Assembly: GCA_035221665.1 (NCBI GenBank)
Contig: CM069169.1
Span: 10,106,001 to 10,170,000 of the forward strand
DNA length: 64,000 nt
Reading direction: 5' to 3'
Source: Okamejei kenojei
Taxonomy: Eukaryota
Below the pieces are notes generated by a model. The model had not been told where the DNA came from. It saw only the letters and a list, made by a program, of their open reading frames with translations, and did no database searches. Below, in pieces: positions 1 through 12,400 of this stretch (positions are counted from its first letter, which is position 1; every line of letters starts with the position of its first letter). The position numbers and the translations under genes are program-made.

Positions 1-102
1 GCACGTCCCTAAGACTAATTTCAGTTTTGCCATCAAATTATTGTAGTTCTTCAGTATGCGTTCTGTCAGTGTTCCGCTCGCTGACTGACTTCTCCTCCTC
101 AG

Positions 103-167
103 CACTGTTGGAAGGGTTCGAGATCAGAGAGAGCACCACCTGTATTGAGGAGCACATTAACAGGCAG
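103..167 (+). CDS. VPS33B: VPS33B coding exon ([22 protein letters not shown])
   Basis: cctcag| ... |gtatgt; 65 nt, phase 1 to 0. Confidence 0.93.
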
Positions 168-3100
168 GTATGTGTACCAGTTATATGTGTATTGAGATCA
201 CTTGGTCATCCTGCAGAGGCCAATTGAAGCAAAACTGCTGAGCTGTGCCTGTTTTACAGCTCAGGATGTACTGAATTCAAGTTGGGCATGTCACACGTTT
301 GGCTAAAGAGGTGTTCTGTGTCACAATCACTTGGAAGGGCAGGGAATGCTGGATTTAATTGACCTCATAAAACAGATCAGGAATGATGCGTGGGTAATAG
401 GAAATATTCTTTATAACACGTTTAATGAATATGTGCAATTTACTTTAACTGGCTTACGATGGTGAGGAAAATAAGAGTGGGTTCCCACTCCTGCTAGTAA
501 ACTGGCAGTCCCCGGCTGTAAGTGTCCTTTTGCTCATCAGCGGAGACCAGAGTCAGGCTGTGATTTTCCTTCATCCACAGTTCAATGGAGGCATAGAGTT
601 GTACAGCACAGAAATCCTTTAGCAAAGCGGCGCAGCAGGAGAGTTGCTGCCTTTGACCGCCAGAGCCCAGGTCTTGACTAGGCCAGCCCAGCCCAGGGTT
701 TGTTCTTGACTAAAGCTGCTGTCTGTACGGAGTTTGTACATTCTTTCTGTGACGGTGGGTTTTATCCAGCTCCGGTTTCCTCCCAGGTCTCCAAAGATGT
801 TTGTAGGTTAATTGGCTTCTGTAAATTGCTCCTCGTGTGTAGGGTGCAAAACTGGGATAGCATCGAGCTAATGTAGGGCAGATCGTGGGTCATAACAGAC
901 TCGATGGGGCATAGGGCCAGTTTCCATGCTGTATCTCTAAACTAAACTAAAGGTCAATACTGACCTTTGTGCCATCTCACTAACACCATTTTCTTGTATT
1001 AGATTTGGTCCTTTGATGCATTTCTTATTCAAGTGTCTATCTAAATATTTCTTCTACATAGTCATTGAAAACATCTCTCGCGAGTGTTGCCACGTTCTCA
1101 AGTATGGTTTTGGTTGAAGGTACATAGATACATAGACAATAGGTGCAGGAGTAGACCATTCGGCCCTTCGAGCCAGCACCATCATTCAATGTGATCATGA
1201 CGGATCATCCACAATCAGTACTGCCTTCCCATCTCCCCAGTTCACACTGCAAGCGGTGGAAATGCGGCGGAAAAGAGCGTAAAATCACAGTCATCCACAA
1301 TCAGTACACAATCCGTTCCAGCCTTCTTCCCATACCCCTTGATTCCGCTAGCCCTAAGAGCTCTATCTAACTCTCTTTTGAATGCATTCAGTGAATCGGC
1401 CTCCACTGTCTTCTGAGGCAGAGAATTCCGCAAATTCACAACTCTCTGCTTGAAAAATTTGTTCTCATCTAAATGGCCGACCCCTTATTCTGAAACTTTG
1501 GCCCCTGGTTCTGGACTCCCCCAACATCGGGACCATGTTTCCTGCATCAAAGGTCAGGCAAAAGGAAAGCTCTGGGGCATTGTAAACTGCTAACATTCTC
1601 CACGCTCGACTGGTTTGTTTTTACCCTCTGCTGATTTGATTTTTCAGATTTCTCCCTTTGAGAGTCTCCGGCTGATGTGTCTACTTTCGCTGACAGAAAA
1701 TGGTGAGTTTGAAACCTTCAAACACTAAGGCATTCCATGAGTGGGGATACTTTGAGGCACGATCCCTGCAAATGTACGCACTCACAAACACATGGCGGCG
1801 CGGTGGTAGAGTTGCTGCCTTACAGCGCCAGAGACCCCAACTCCGGGTGCTGTCTGTGCGGAGTTTGTATGATCTCTCCGTGACCACGTGGGTTTGCTCC
1901 GAGACCTTCGGTTTCCTCCCATACTCCAAAGGTGTACAGGTCTATAGGTTAATTGGCTTGGTATAAACATAAAACTGTAGAGTGTGTAGGCTAATGTTAA
2001 TGTGTGGGGATCGCTGGTTGGTGTGGACTCGGTGGGCCGAAGGGCTGTTTCCGCACTGTATTTCTAAACTAATTATAAACTAAACAGGAACAACCACTTG
2101 CCCACACCCTCTCCCTCAGTCTCCTGATCCCGATCTCCTCCCTGCTTCAGTTCCTATGGCCAATTATTCCCTCCCTTGAACTCCTTGGCCACTTCACTCA
2201 TTTCCTGGCAACTGCTCCACCCTTGACCACCTGAACACGCACAGAGTCATGAATGCAGCCCAGTCCATCGCAGGCTCGTCACTTCCTTCTATCCAGTCTG
2301 TTTATGCGGCCATGCATCGGTAAGGCTGGAAGCATCGGCAAGGATGCCAGCCACCCTGGCCATTCCCTTTTCTCTCTTTACCTCTGGGAGAAGATACAGA
2401 CTTGAAAGTCCGGTCTTAAGAACAGCTTCTTCCCCATCGCTATTATACTCCGAAATCAATCACCTATTTCCCACGTCCTTCCCTAAGCTTCTGCCACATA
2501 CTCTCACTAAAACAATATTGTTATTGTACTTTCGTTTTCACTGCACTGCTTCAGATTGCACGACTGTTTTGCATTTATTGTATATTATTACCAAGTACAC
2601 TGTGTGGTCTGAGCTTCATGAGTACAAGGAATTTCCTTGTTGGTGAATACGACAGCAAACTAATCTGAATCTTGAGCAGAAAAGTGATGCAGATCGATCA
2701 TATAGTGTAGACTCATAGTTTGCACCGTTTTATAATAACTTGCAGTATTCGTGAAAAAATGTTTTCACAACTTATCCTTCATTTGTGTGAAGTGGTACAC
2801 ATACTTGTACAATACTGGAAATAGTTTCTCCCTATTCACTGGGAGAATTCTAGGCACATCTTTTAAATGATCTGCTGGTACATAGTTAGATCTTCTCAGC
2901 AATTACTTTTTCTTTAAAGTGAAATTATAATATTTTAGAGCTTTGTAATATATTGCCACAGTTTGCATTAGAAAGTGCTGGAAAGAACTCGGGGAGCTGA
3001 GCAACATCCGTGGAAGGGAATGACAGACGATGGTCCTACCTGATGTTACAGATGCCGCCTGACCCGCTGAGTTATTTTTGTGCACTAGACGCCAGCATTT

Positions 3101-6100
3101 GCAGTTTCTTGTATCTCCATTTCAGTATTGTCAATTTAATATTCTTCTTGTGTATTTCCCCTTCAGGTCTGATTTCCAAAGATTATCGATCATTGAAAAC
3201 ACAGTATCTGCAAGTAAGCAAAAATAAATCAATACAATTACAGGAGAATTTTTGGGTGTGAACTGTTGGTACTCCTGTTCTGGGACTGTGGGCTGCATTG
3301 GGTTTAGTGTGGGTCTTGTCGTTGTAATCCTTCTGCTGGCATTTAAAACCTGCACACAGCTCTGGAGTGGGACTTGAACCTGCAACTCTCTGACACAAGA
3401 GATAGGATTGCTCGCCAATGTACATGCTTTGGCGATGAAGATTAAGCGTGGAGCATGAACACGGCAGCATTAAGAATCCTCCGCCACGCTGCTTGCCTTT
3501 TCTCTGTGATCTTTTCCACTGCTTTTCCACCGCTTGCAGTGTGAACGGGGGAGATGGGAAGGCAGGGAGCGAGACTAAGCGGGAACAGAGAGATTGCAGA
3601 AGGGGTTAAAAAGGGGAGGAGAAGAAGGGAAGTGAAAGGAACAACTGAGGAAAGGGTTAGAGAAAGAGGAAAGAGCAGGGGAAAAGGAAACGGTGGGGGG
3701 GGGAGAGGACCGGGAAAGGAGAGAATGAGGAAAGGATTTGAGAAGGCAGGGAGAACACAGGTGAAAGATGGGAGAAGGTGGACTGAGAGGGGGGGGGGGG
3801 GGGCAGGGAGAAATCAATGAGAAAAAAAAGAAGAAAACATGAGAGATAGAAGTCAGGCTCTCTGCCAATCTGCAGTCAATGTGGATGGTGTCACTGTCCC
3901 TGGAGTACCTTGGTCTTTCCTAAGAATGACGATGGTATAAATGTCCCTCACTGATACGCCTTAGTTCCTCTGGGCACTTCAGTGCTATAAAGCAGTGCCG
4001 AGGATTCTTTTTTTTTATTTTATTTTTTTATTTTTTTTATTATAGAAACAATATATACAGAGTACACTCTTATGCGGCATTAAAAATTATATAATATACA
4101 AAATTATATAAAATTGATTATCAATTGATACAGTTTGTGTTATTTGTAATGTTTATCCATTATACATTTCCTGGTTATTTATTTTGTATGATTGGGAGTG
4201 TATGTAGATATTCCTAAAATAAGCAATATACTCATACTTCTCATACCACACATATTTCTTCTAATTACCAAATACAAATCCCCCCTAATATAACTACATA
4301 ATACCCAATCTTAACCAAACTTCTATGATATTCATGATATTTTCATAATATTAAGAGTGTTTGTATTATTATTAACTTTATATTTCAAAATTATTATATA
4401 GTTGAAAATGCGCAATTTTATATAATTACAAATTTAAGACATCTATAATATTTTCATACAACTAATAATATGTATATTCATACTAATATTAAGAATATAT
4501 ATATGTTTCTATACTTTTTTTTCCTACTTAAAGATAGAAAGATAGAGATAGAAAGTAGAAAATAGAAAAGAAAATGTGAAAAGTTTGGTGGAGATTAAAA
4601 TATTACTCAATAATCCGTTCTTGGAGATACATTCATGATTTATTATATGTATTTCTTCATCCATTCAGATATTCAGGCCTCAGTCAAGTCCCCGCGCCGA
4701 ACCATTATGACCCTGTAAATATTTAATGTATGGAGACCAAATCCCTTTGAAGAGATCTAACCTATCCATAAGGACAAGTCTCAATCTCTCCAAGTGAAGT
4801 GTCTCCGACATTTCTGTATTCCACATTTTAATTGTTGGAGTGCCGTGGATTCTGATTCAGATAACCATGTCGGTGGGTGCTGGGATTACAGTTGCCAAAT
4901 CCACACGGAGCAGGTAATGGTACGAACCCGACACTTCACATCACTCAGCGGGCATCTCCATTCATTTAACTGTCACTGAGAGCACTGGCTTAGATGACAC
5001 CCACACCCAGAGGCTGTGAGTGATCGATGCATTGTCTGCTCAGCTCTGAAACAGACATGCTGATCTGATACGCGATCCGGCCTTAATGTCACTCCAGCAA
5101 ATAGCGAATTACTCCGCAGCTGACCTCAACTCCCATCCATTATTGATCACCCTGGCGTGGTAGAAATGCACCAGCTTGAGCTTACCCGTGTCTTCATTTA
5201 ACATAATGAACCCTGATTTTATAAATTAGACTATGATGAGTGGCTTATGAATGGTAATTTCTAGGATGAACTTTCAATATAATACTGTGTAATGCTGCTA
5301 CGGTCAGGCAAACGCCTCCGTTGCCATGCTGTGAGAACGGAGAGGATGCGAAGGAGTTTCTTCCCAGAGGACATTAGGACTGTAAACTCCTATCTCACCA
5401 GGGACTACCTTACTGTTGTGTGGTGTCTTTTTAAAATTGCTGTTTTTTTCTTTTTTTTTCCTCCCACAAATATGTAATATGTGAATATGTGATTCTGTTC
5501 CATTCTGTTTTGTAGTTTTTATGCAAGCATTGCCACTTTTCATTTCACTGCACATCTCATATGTGTATGTGACGAATAGAAGCATAGAGACATAGAAAAT
5601 AGGTGCAGGAGTAGGCCATTCGGCCCTTAGAGCCTGCACCGCCATTCAATATGATCATGGCTGATCATCCAACTCAGTATCCTGTACCTGCCTTCTCTCC
5701 ATACCCCCTGATCCCTTTAGCCCCAAGGGCCACATCTAACTCCCTCTTAAATATAGCCAATGAACTGGCCTCAACTACTTTCTGTGGCAGAGAATTCCAC
5801 AGATTCACCATTCTCTGTGTGAAAAATGATTTTCTCATCTCGGTCCTAAAAGACTTCCCCCTTATCCTTAAACTGTGACCCCTTGTTCTGGACTTCCCCA
5901 ACATCGGGAACAATCTTCCTGCACCTAGGCAGTCCAACCCCTTAAGAATTTTGTAAGTCTCTATAAGATCCCCCCTCAATCTTCTAAATTCGAGCGAGTA
6001 CTATCCGAGTCTATCCAGTCTTTCTTCATATGGAAGTCCTGCCATCCCAGGAATCAGTCTGGTGAACCAGAATAAACTGACTTGACTTGACTTGACTTGT

Positions 6101-6425
6101 GTCAGATGGCTGACCGTTTCATTCATTTGTAAAATGAAGTATTGCTCGGAAGCTTTAGTGAAGCTGTTGTTGACTTTGTCTTTATAGAGTCATACAGTGT
6201 GAAAACAGGCCCTTTGGCCCAACTTGCCCACACTTAGCCAACATGTCCCATCTACACTAGTCCCACCTGCCTGCATTTGGCCCACTTCCCTTTAAACCTG
6301 CCTATTCATACACCTGTCTAAATGCTCCTTAAACATTGTGATAGGACCTGCCTAAACTACCTCCTCCGACAGCTCGTTCCATACACCCACTACCCTTTGT
6401 GTGAAAAAAATTCCTATTAATTCTT

Positions 6426-6461
<36 letters not shown>

Positions 6462-9400
6462 ACCTTAAACCTATGTCCTCTTGTTCTTGATTCCCCAACT
6501 CTGGGCAAGTGACTCTATGCTTCCACCAGATCTTTTCCTCTCATGATATTGTACTTTGCTATCTGCTTTGTTACTGCTTATGATCATTGCATCCAGCACC
6601 AATTTCCTGTAGATGGGCTGCTGTGACTTGCTGTCCTAGATCTGTAATGCGGTTCATGTGTATCCCCAGAGCTATGGATACGAGCACATCCTGACCTTCG
6701 CCAACCTGAAACAGATCGGATTGCTGACAGAGCAACAGTCTGGAGATACTCTGACCGCGGTGGAGAGCACCATGGGCAAGCTTGTGACAGACAAAGCAGT
6801 CGGTAAGGAGCCACTCAAATTGTAAAACGCACATCTAAAATCTCGGGTTTATTAATTAGTTAGTTAATTTATTTACTGACATTTCGACAGAGGTATAATG
6901 AAAGCCCTCTGTTCAGTTTGCTTTCTTCTGCAGACCTTGCTTATATTTTCCACACATTTTGGTTTTCATTCAATGGTCAATGGCTGTTTATCATCACATG
7001 TACCGAGGTACAGTGAAATTCTTTTTTTTGCGTACACGTCAGTTAATTATTATTATACATAATCACAATCCCAGATTAAGTACGAAATGTGTAGAAGTGA
7101 GAGAATATATTAGTGTCGCCAAGTTTTGGAACCGTTTTCAAAGACCAAGCTGCAGCTGGGCATAAAGGCCTGTTGTCCTGCCTGCAGGGCCTCCAGCGTC
7201 ATCTCCATCCGGGTCACGCTGTGAACTGTTGTCTCTCTCATCGCCCGGTCACCTTCAGTCTTTGTGCCTTGGGGGTGCGTCCCACAGCCGACCTCGAGGG
7301 TGCGGAAAGTAAGACCCCGGATCCACTGACCAGCCCTTTGTCCAGTGTCTGCTGTCAACAAACTACCGAATAGTGAAAGGCCTGAATAGAGTGGATGTGG
7401 AGAGGATGTTTCCACTAGTGGGATAGTCTAGGACCAGAGGTCACAGCCTCAGAATTAAAGGACGTTCCTTTAGGAAGGAGATGAGGGGATATTTCTTTAG
7501 TCAGAGGGTGGTGAATCTATGGAATTCATTGCCACAGAGGGCTATGGAGTCCAAGTCAATGGATATTTTTAAGGCAGAGATAGATAGATTCTTGATTAGT
7601 ATGGGTGTCAGGGTTTATATGGAGAAGGCAGGAGAATGGGGTTAGGAGGGAGAGATAGATCAGCCATGATTAAATGACAGAGCAGACTTGATGGGTCAAA
7701 TGGCCTAATTCTGTTCCTATCACTTATGAACTGCCTCCACTCCCTGGTCCTTGGGCAGGAGCAGGGGCCGGGCCTGGCGGCTTCCCTCTTCGGGTTCCAT
7801 AGTGGGTCAGCCAGGCCTGCTGCCGGGGGATAGTCACGGCACGGTGGTCGTTCTGCCTCGAGGCCTGACAGTCGGCCCTTCCACCTCATTATTAAGTATC
7901 ATAACTCCCGTTTCTTTTTAATGTATTAAGCTTCCCTACCCCACTCCACGTAGTTTAAAGGCCTTTCTCCAACCCGATTTATGCGATTCACCAGACATTG
8001 TTCTCAGCACAGCTGAGCTGAAGCCCATTCCAATGGAACAGCTCCCTCCTTTTCCAGTACAGTGCCATTAATTGGAACCATATCGCCCATTCCAGTGTCT
8101 ATGAGCCACACATTTGCTTCTCCCCATTGGTGCAGCGGTAGAGTTGCTGCCTTACAGCGCCAGAGACCCGGGATCGATCCTGACTACAAGACTGTCTGTA
8201 AGGATTTGTACATTCTCCCCATGACTCTCCGGGAATTCCTCTTTCCTCCCTCACTCCAAAGATATACAGGATAATTGGCTTGGTGTCATTGTAAATTGTC
8301 CCTAGTGTGTGTTAGAAAGTGTTAGTGTGCGGAGGATCGCTTGTCGGCGCAGACCTGGTGGGCCGAAGGGCCTGTTTCTGCTCAGTATCTCTCAATGAAA
8401 AAAACTAAACTACCTCTATATTACTCCTCCTTTTGGGCAGTGGGCAGGTGCTATAGACTTGCACGGGAAGGTAGACGCTCCAGCCCCCACAAGTCTCGGG
8501 GAGATGGGGCTCATGAGGCTGGGAAGGCAGTCCATTTAGGAGAGGGAAAGCTCCACTGCCTTGTGGCCATATCCAATCATGGAAAAGGCTCCAGGAGTAA
8601 ACCTCAAGAAAATCCGGAGTCGGAGCCCCTAAGGCAGTTTGTCGTTGTCTACAACCTCGCTCTGGCAGCTCCTGCGACGGCGCTGGTGCCAAACTGTAAC
8701 GGCCCTGCTGTTCCTTTGGATCGATCAGCGACGTGGAGAGGGGGGGACGTGCTTCATGGGCAACAGCCTGTCCTCCATATGGCATCCCCCAGGCTTGCAT
8801 CCGACAAACTAGGATGCATTACCCATGGTCGGTCATGACCGAGGGGGGCCTACTACTCCTCCTTATATAATTATTCTACTGATTTCACTGATGATGTAGT
8901 CCCTGAACTTTGGTATCCTTGGTTGTGCACCTCTGGCCCACCAGTGTTAACCAGAGATACTAAGCCATGTGTGGGCATTGACGTGATCAGCCCTCCAGGT
9001 GGCCTGCACTCCAGTACTGAGCTGCCTCATAGCCCTGTTCCCAATGCGTGTTCGTCACTAGGATATCTGTTCTGATTTTATACAATGATGATTCAATGAT
9101 TTAATGATACTTTATTGTCACATGTACCTCGTTACAGTAAAATGCTTTGTTTTGCATACAACCCAGTAAAATAATGTAGCAAACCTCAGCTAGGCAGTAC
9201 ACAGACCTCAGCTAGGCAGTGTTGCCACGTTCTGGCACCGACAAACCTACAGAGGTTCACCGAACCTTTTTACCTGCCGCGGCAAGTGGCAACATGCCCG
9301 CCGCCTCCCTTGCGGGTCCCTTTTTTGTTCTCGGCAGCCCCCCCTCCCCCCACCCCCACGTGGACCCCCTGCAATTACCTAAAGTGTACAATCGCTTGAT

Positions 9401-12400
9401 TTCAGGGAAGCTGACTGATGCCTTCTCATCTCTGGCCCGGAAAAGTCACTTCAGAGCTTTGAGCAAACGGCTGAACCTGGTAAGGCCCCAAACAAATGGG
9501 CTGATGATTTGGGGTAATGTTTAAAAGGATAAGGTCTGTGCACAGTGGATGGGCCCTGCCTGTATTAGTTGATCTTAGTTAAAGAGATGGTTTACCCTTG
9601 CAACCCTTTGCATGAAAACAGACCCTTCGGCCCATCTCTCCATGCTGTCCAGTATGCTGGTCCCGTTTGCCCATGAACATCTGAAGATATAATAACAAAA
9701 AATTGCAGATGCTGGTTAATACAAAAGATAAGACACAAAATGCTAGAGCAACTCAGCAGGACAGGCTGAGGTGATTCAGACTGAATTTTCAGACTGAATC
9801 TTCACAGTCTGAAGACGGGTCACGACCTGAAACATCACCTGTCCATTTTCGCCAGAGATGCTTCCTGACCCGCTGAGTTACTCCAGCATTTTGTGCCTAA
9901 CTTTACATTTAAGATAGATTGGGCACCAGTGTGATCTGTGATGCCAGCAATGATGAATTAGTCAGCCAGAACGCTAATGTAACAGATGGAGGAAATGGCA
10001 AGAAAACTTGTGGGAAGCATGTTCTGAGAGGAAAATAATAATTCCATTTGCATGAATGTGATGCAATTTTTCTCAGATTGTTATTCCCTTAATTTCAAAT
10101 GTCCAAACTCAAGCTGCAATAGTGTGCAAATTTGCATCTGTAAGCTTACAACTTATAAATGAATTAATTTATGACCCCTGATGTTCAGACTGTTGCAATA
10201 ACATGCGGTATATACCCATCTGTCCCTTTGCTTCAACTCTATTGTGTTTTCCATATCACAGCGTTCAGTGTCATCTCCCATCTCTTGACAGATCCCCCGC
10301 TCAGAGGAGGAATATGACCTGAAGGTGCCGCGAGACATGGCCTACGTATTTAGCGGTGCATACATTCCACTGAGCTGCAAGATCATAGAACAGGTAGGTT
10401 AAATACAATCTGCCTTTGCAGTCCATGCTTTGAAAGAATGAAAACCTGTCTAATCTAGTAGAAACAAGGAACTGCAGATGCTGTTAAAGAAGGAACTGCA
10501 GATGCTGGAGAATCGAGGGTACACAAAAAGCTGGAGAAACTCAGCGGGTGCAGCAGCATCTAAGGAGCGAAGGAGATAGGCGACGTTTCGGGTCAAGACC
10601 CTTCTTCAGACTTGTTTCGGGTTGAGACCCTTCTTCAGACACATAATGCTGGAGTAACTCAGCGGGACAGGCAGCATCTCCGGAGAGAAGGAATGGGTGA
10701 CGTTTCGGGTCGAGACCCTTCTTCCTGCAGATGCTGCTTTACCAAGGAAAGACACAAAGATGCTGTTAGAGATGAGAACTTCAAAGTACAAGTCGACTTC
10801 TTCAAAGTAGTCAGTCTGAAAATGGGTCTCGGCCCGAAACGTCATCTATACATGGGATGCTGTCTGACCCACTGAGTTACTCCTCAGGTTCTTTAGTAAC
10901 TTGTCAGTTTCTTTGTTGAACTAAATTAAGGCGCATGTTGCAATCAAAAGCGCTTAAACAATTGGTTGGGAAGAAAGCCAAACTGTAAGAAAGAGGACTG
11001 CGCCTCCTTTTCAAGAGCAGCCAGCATTTTGTGTCTTTCCTATCTAATATTGTACTTGAGGAATGCTGAACTCTGAAAGCATGTCCTTCTTAATCAATTC
11101 ATAGAGTCCTCTGCCTAGTCAAAAGCAATTAATTAAGTTGTTCTGAACTAAACTGTTAGTTTGTACCCCTCTGTCTTTGACTGCTCAGGACTTCCACTAT
11201 GTAGATGTGTTGGTTGCAGCACTTTCAGCTCTGGTCTATTGTACCAATATTGCCCGCTCTCTCCATCCCCACTGGCCTACCCAAAACTACCCACACCTTT
11301 TCGTTCCCCACTCTGCTCTGTTGTACATTTCTCCACCTCCGCTCTATCCCTGCCCATCTTCAAAAAACACCATATTTTCCTGAACTTGCATTTAATCACA
11401 TTCTCTTCACTGAACACTTCATTGGTATTTGTCAAGGAGAGTCATACAGCACAGAAATAGGCCAATCCGACTCGTCCATGCCGATCAAGATGCCCCATCT
11501 AAGCTTGTCCCATTTGCCGGTGTTTGGCCCATCTCCCTGTTTATAATATTGTTCCTTTGGGTAATCTGCTATGATACAGGTGCTACATGAATGCAGGAGG
11601 TTACCCCCACCTCTCCATCACTCTACTCCCCAGATACAGCATTATTTTCTATTGCCAGGTGCTGGAGGAACGTGAGAGCTGGGCTGGAATGGAAGAGGTG
11701 TCGCGGTTATTAAACAGCAATCAATTTGCCACCGTTGGTAAGTGTTGGATAGGATTGGGGACTGGGCGCTCTCTGGCATGTGTCACGTTGGTCACTGCCC
11801 ATTCTTCTTCTTGCGTATGGCGTGCACAGCCTAAAGTTGCAGGTCAACTTGTTCTATTTGAACTTCTGTTTGTGCATGTCGGGTTGATTGCATTAGTCGA
11901 AACAGGGTGGACCACGTGAAGGTTGCAATCTCCCACCCCACTGCCCATCGGCGAGCTGCCATGGCACAGCCCATGGGCATTGGCGCCACCTCCCAGCTCC
12001 TCGCTGACTCTTTTCTCTTTATGCATGAGGAACACCAGAGAATTGTTGATCGGCTACCATGGATGTCAGAATTGGGCTTGGATGGGTGGCCACCATTGAA
12101 GAATATTCTACTGCAGCTCTCAGCTGGGGCTCACACACAATTTAAGTTATAGGAATAACCTGAGACTGTTCCTTGGAACCTTTTAGATCTGGGCTCTGCA
12201 AGGACAAGATTTATTGATGGGCAAATGATGGTGGACTTTTTCTATTGAATCAATATATGGCAGATGAAGTATAATGTGGATAAATGTGAGGTTATCCACT
12301 TTGGTGGCAAAAACAGGAAGGTAGACTATTATTTGAATGGTGACCAATTAGGAAAAGGGGAGATGCAGCGAGACCTGGGTGTCATGGTACACCAGTCATT

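Noticed and set aside
3554-3868. ORFs over the purine-rich tract
   Set aside because: Low-complexity artefacts.
8550-8640. HDV-like fold in the 8433-8853 element (ACTGCC...CTAAGGCAGT)
   Set aside because: P2 and J4/2 look plausible, but no compatible P3/L3/P1 arrangement could be built.
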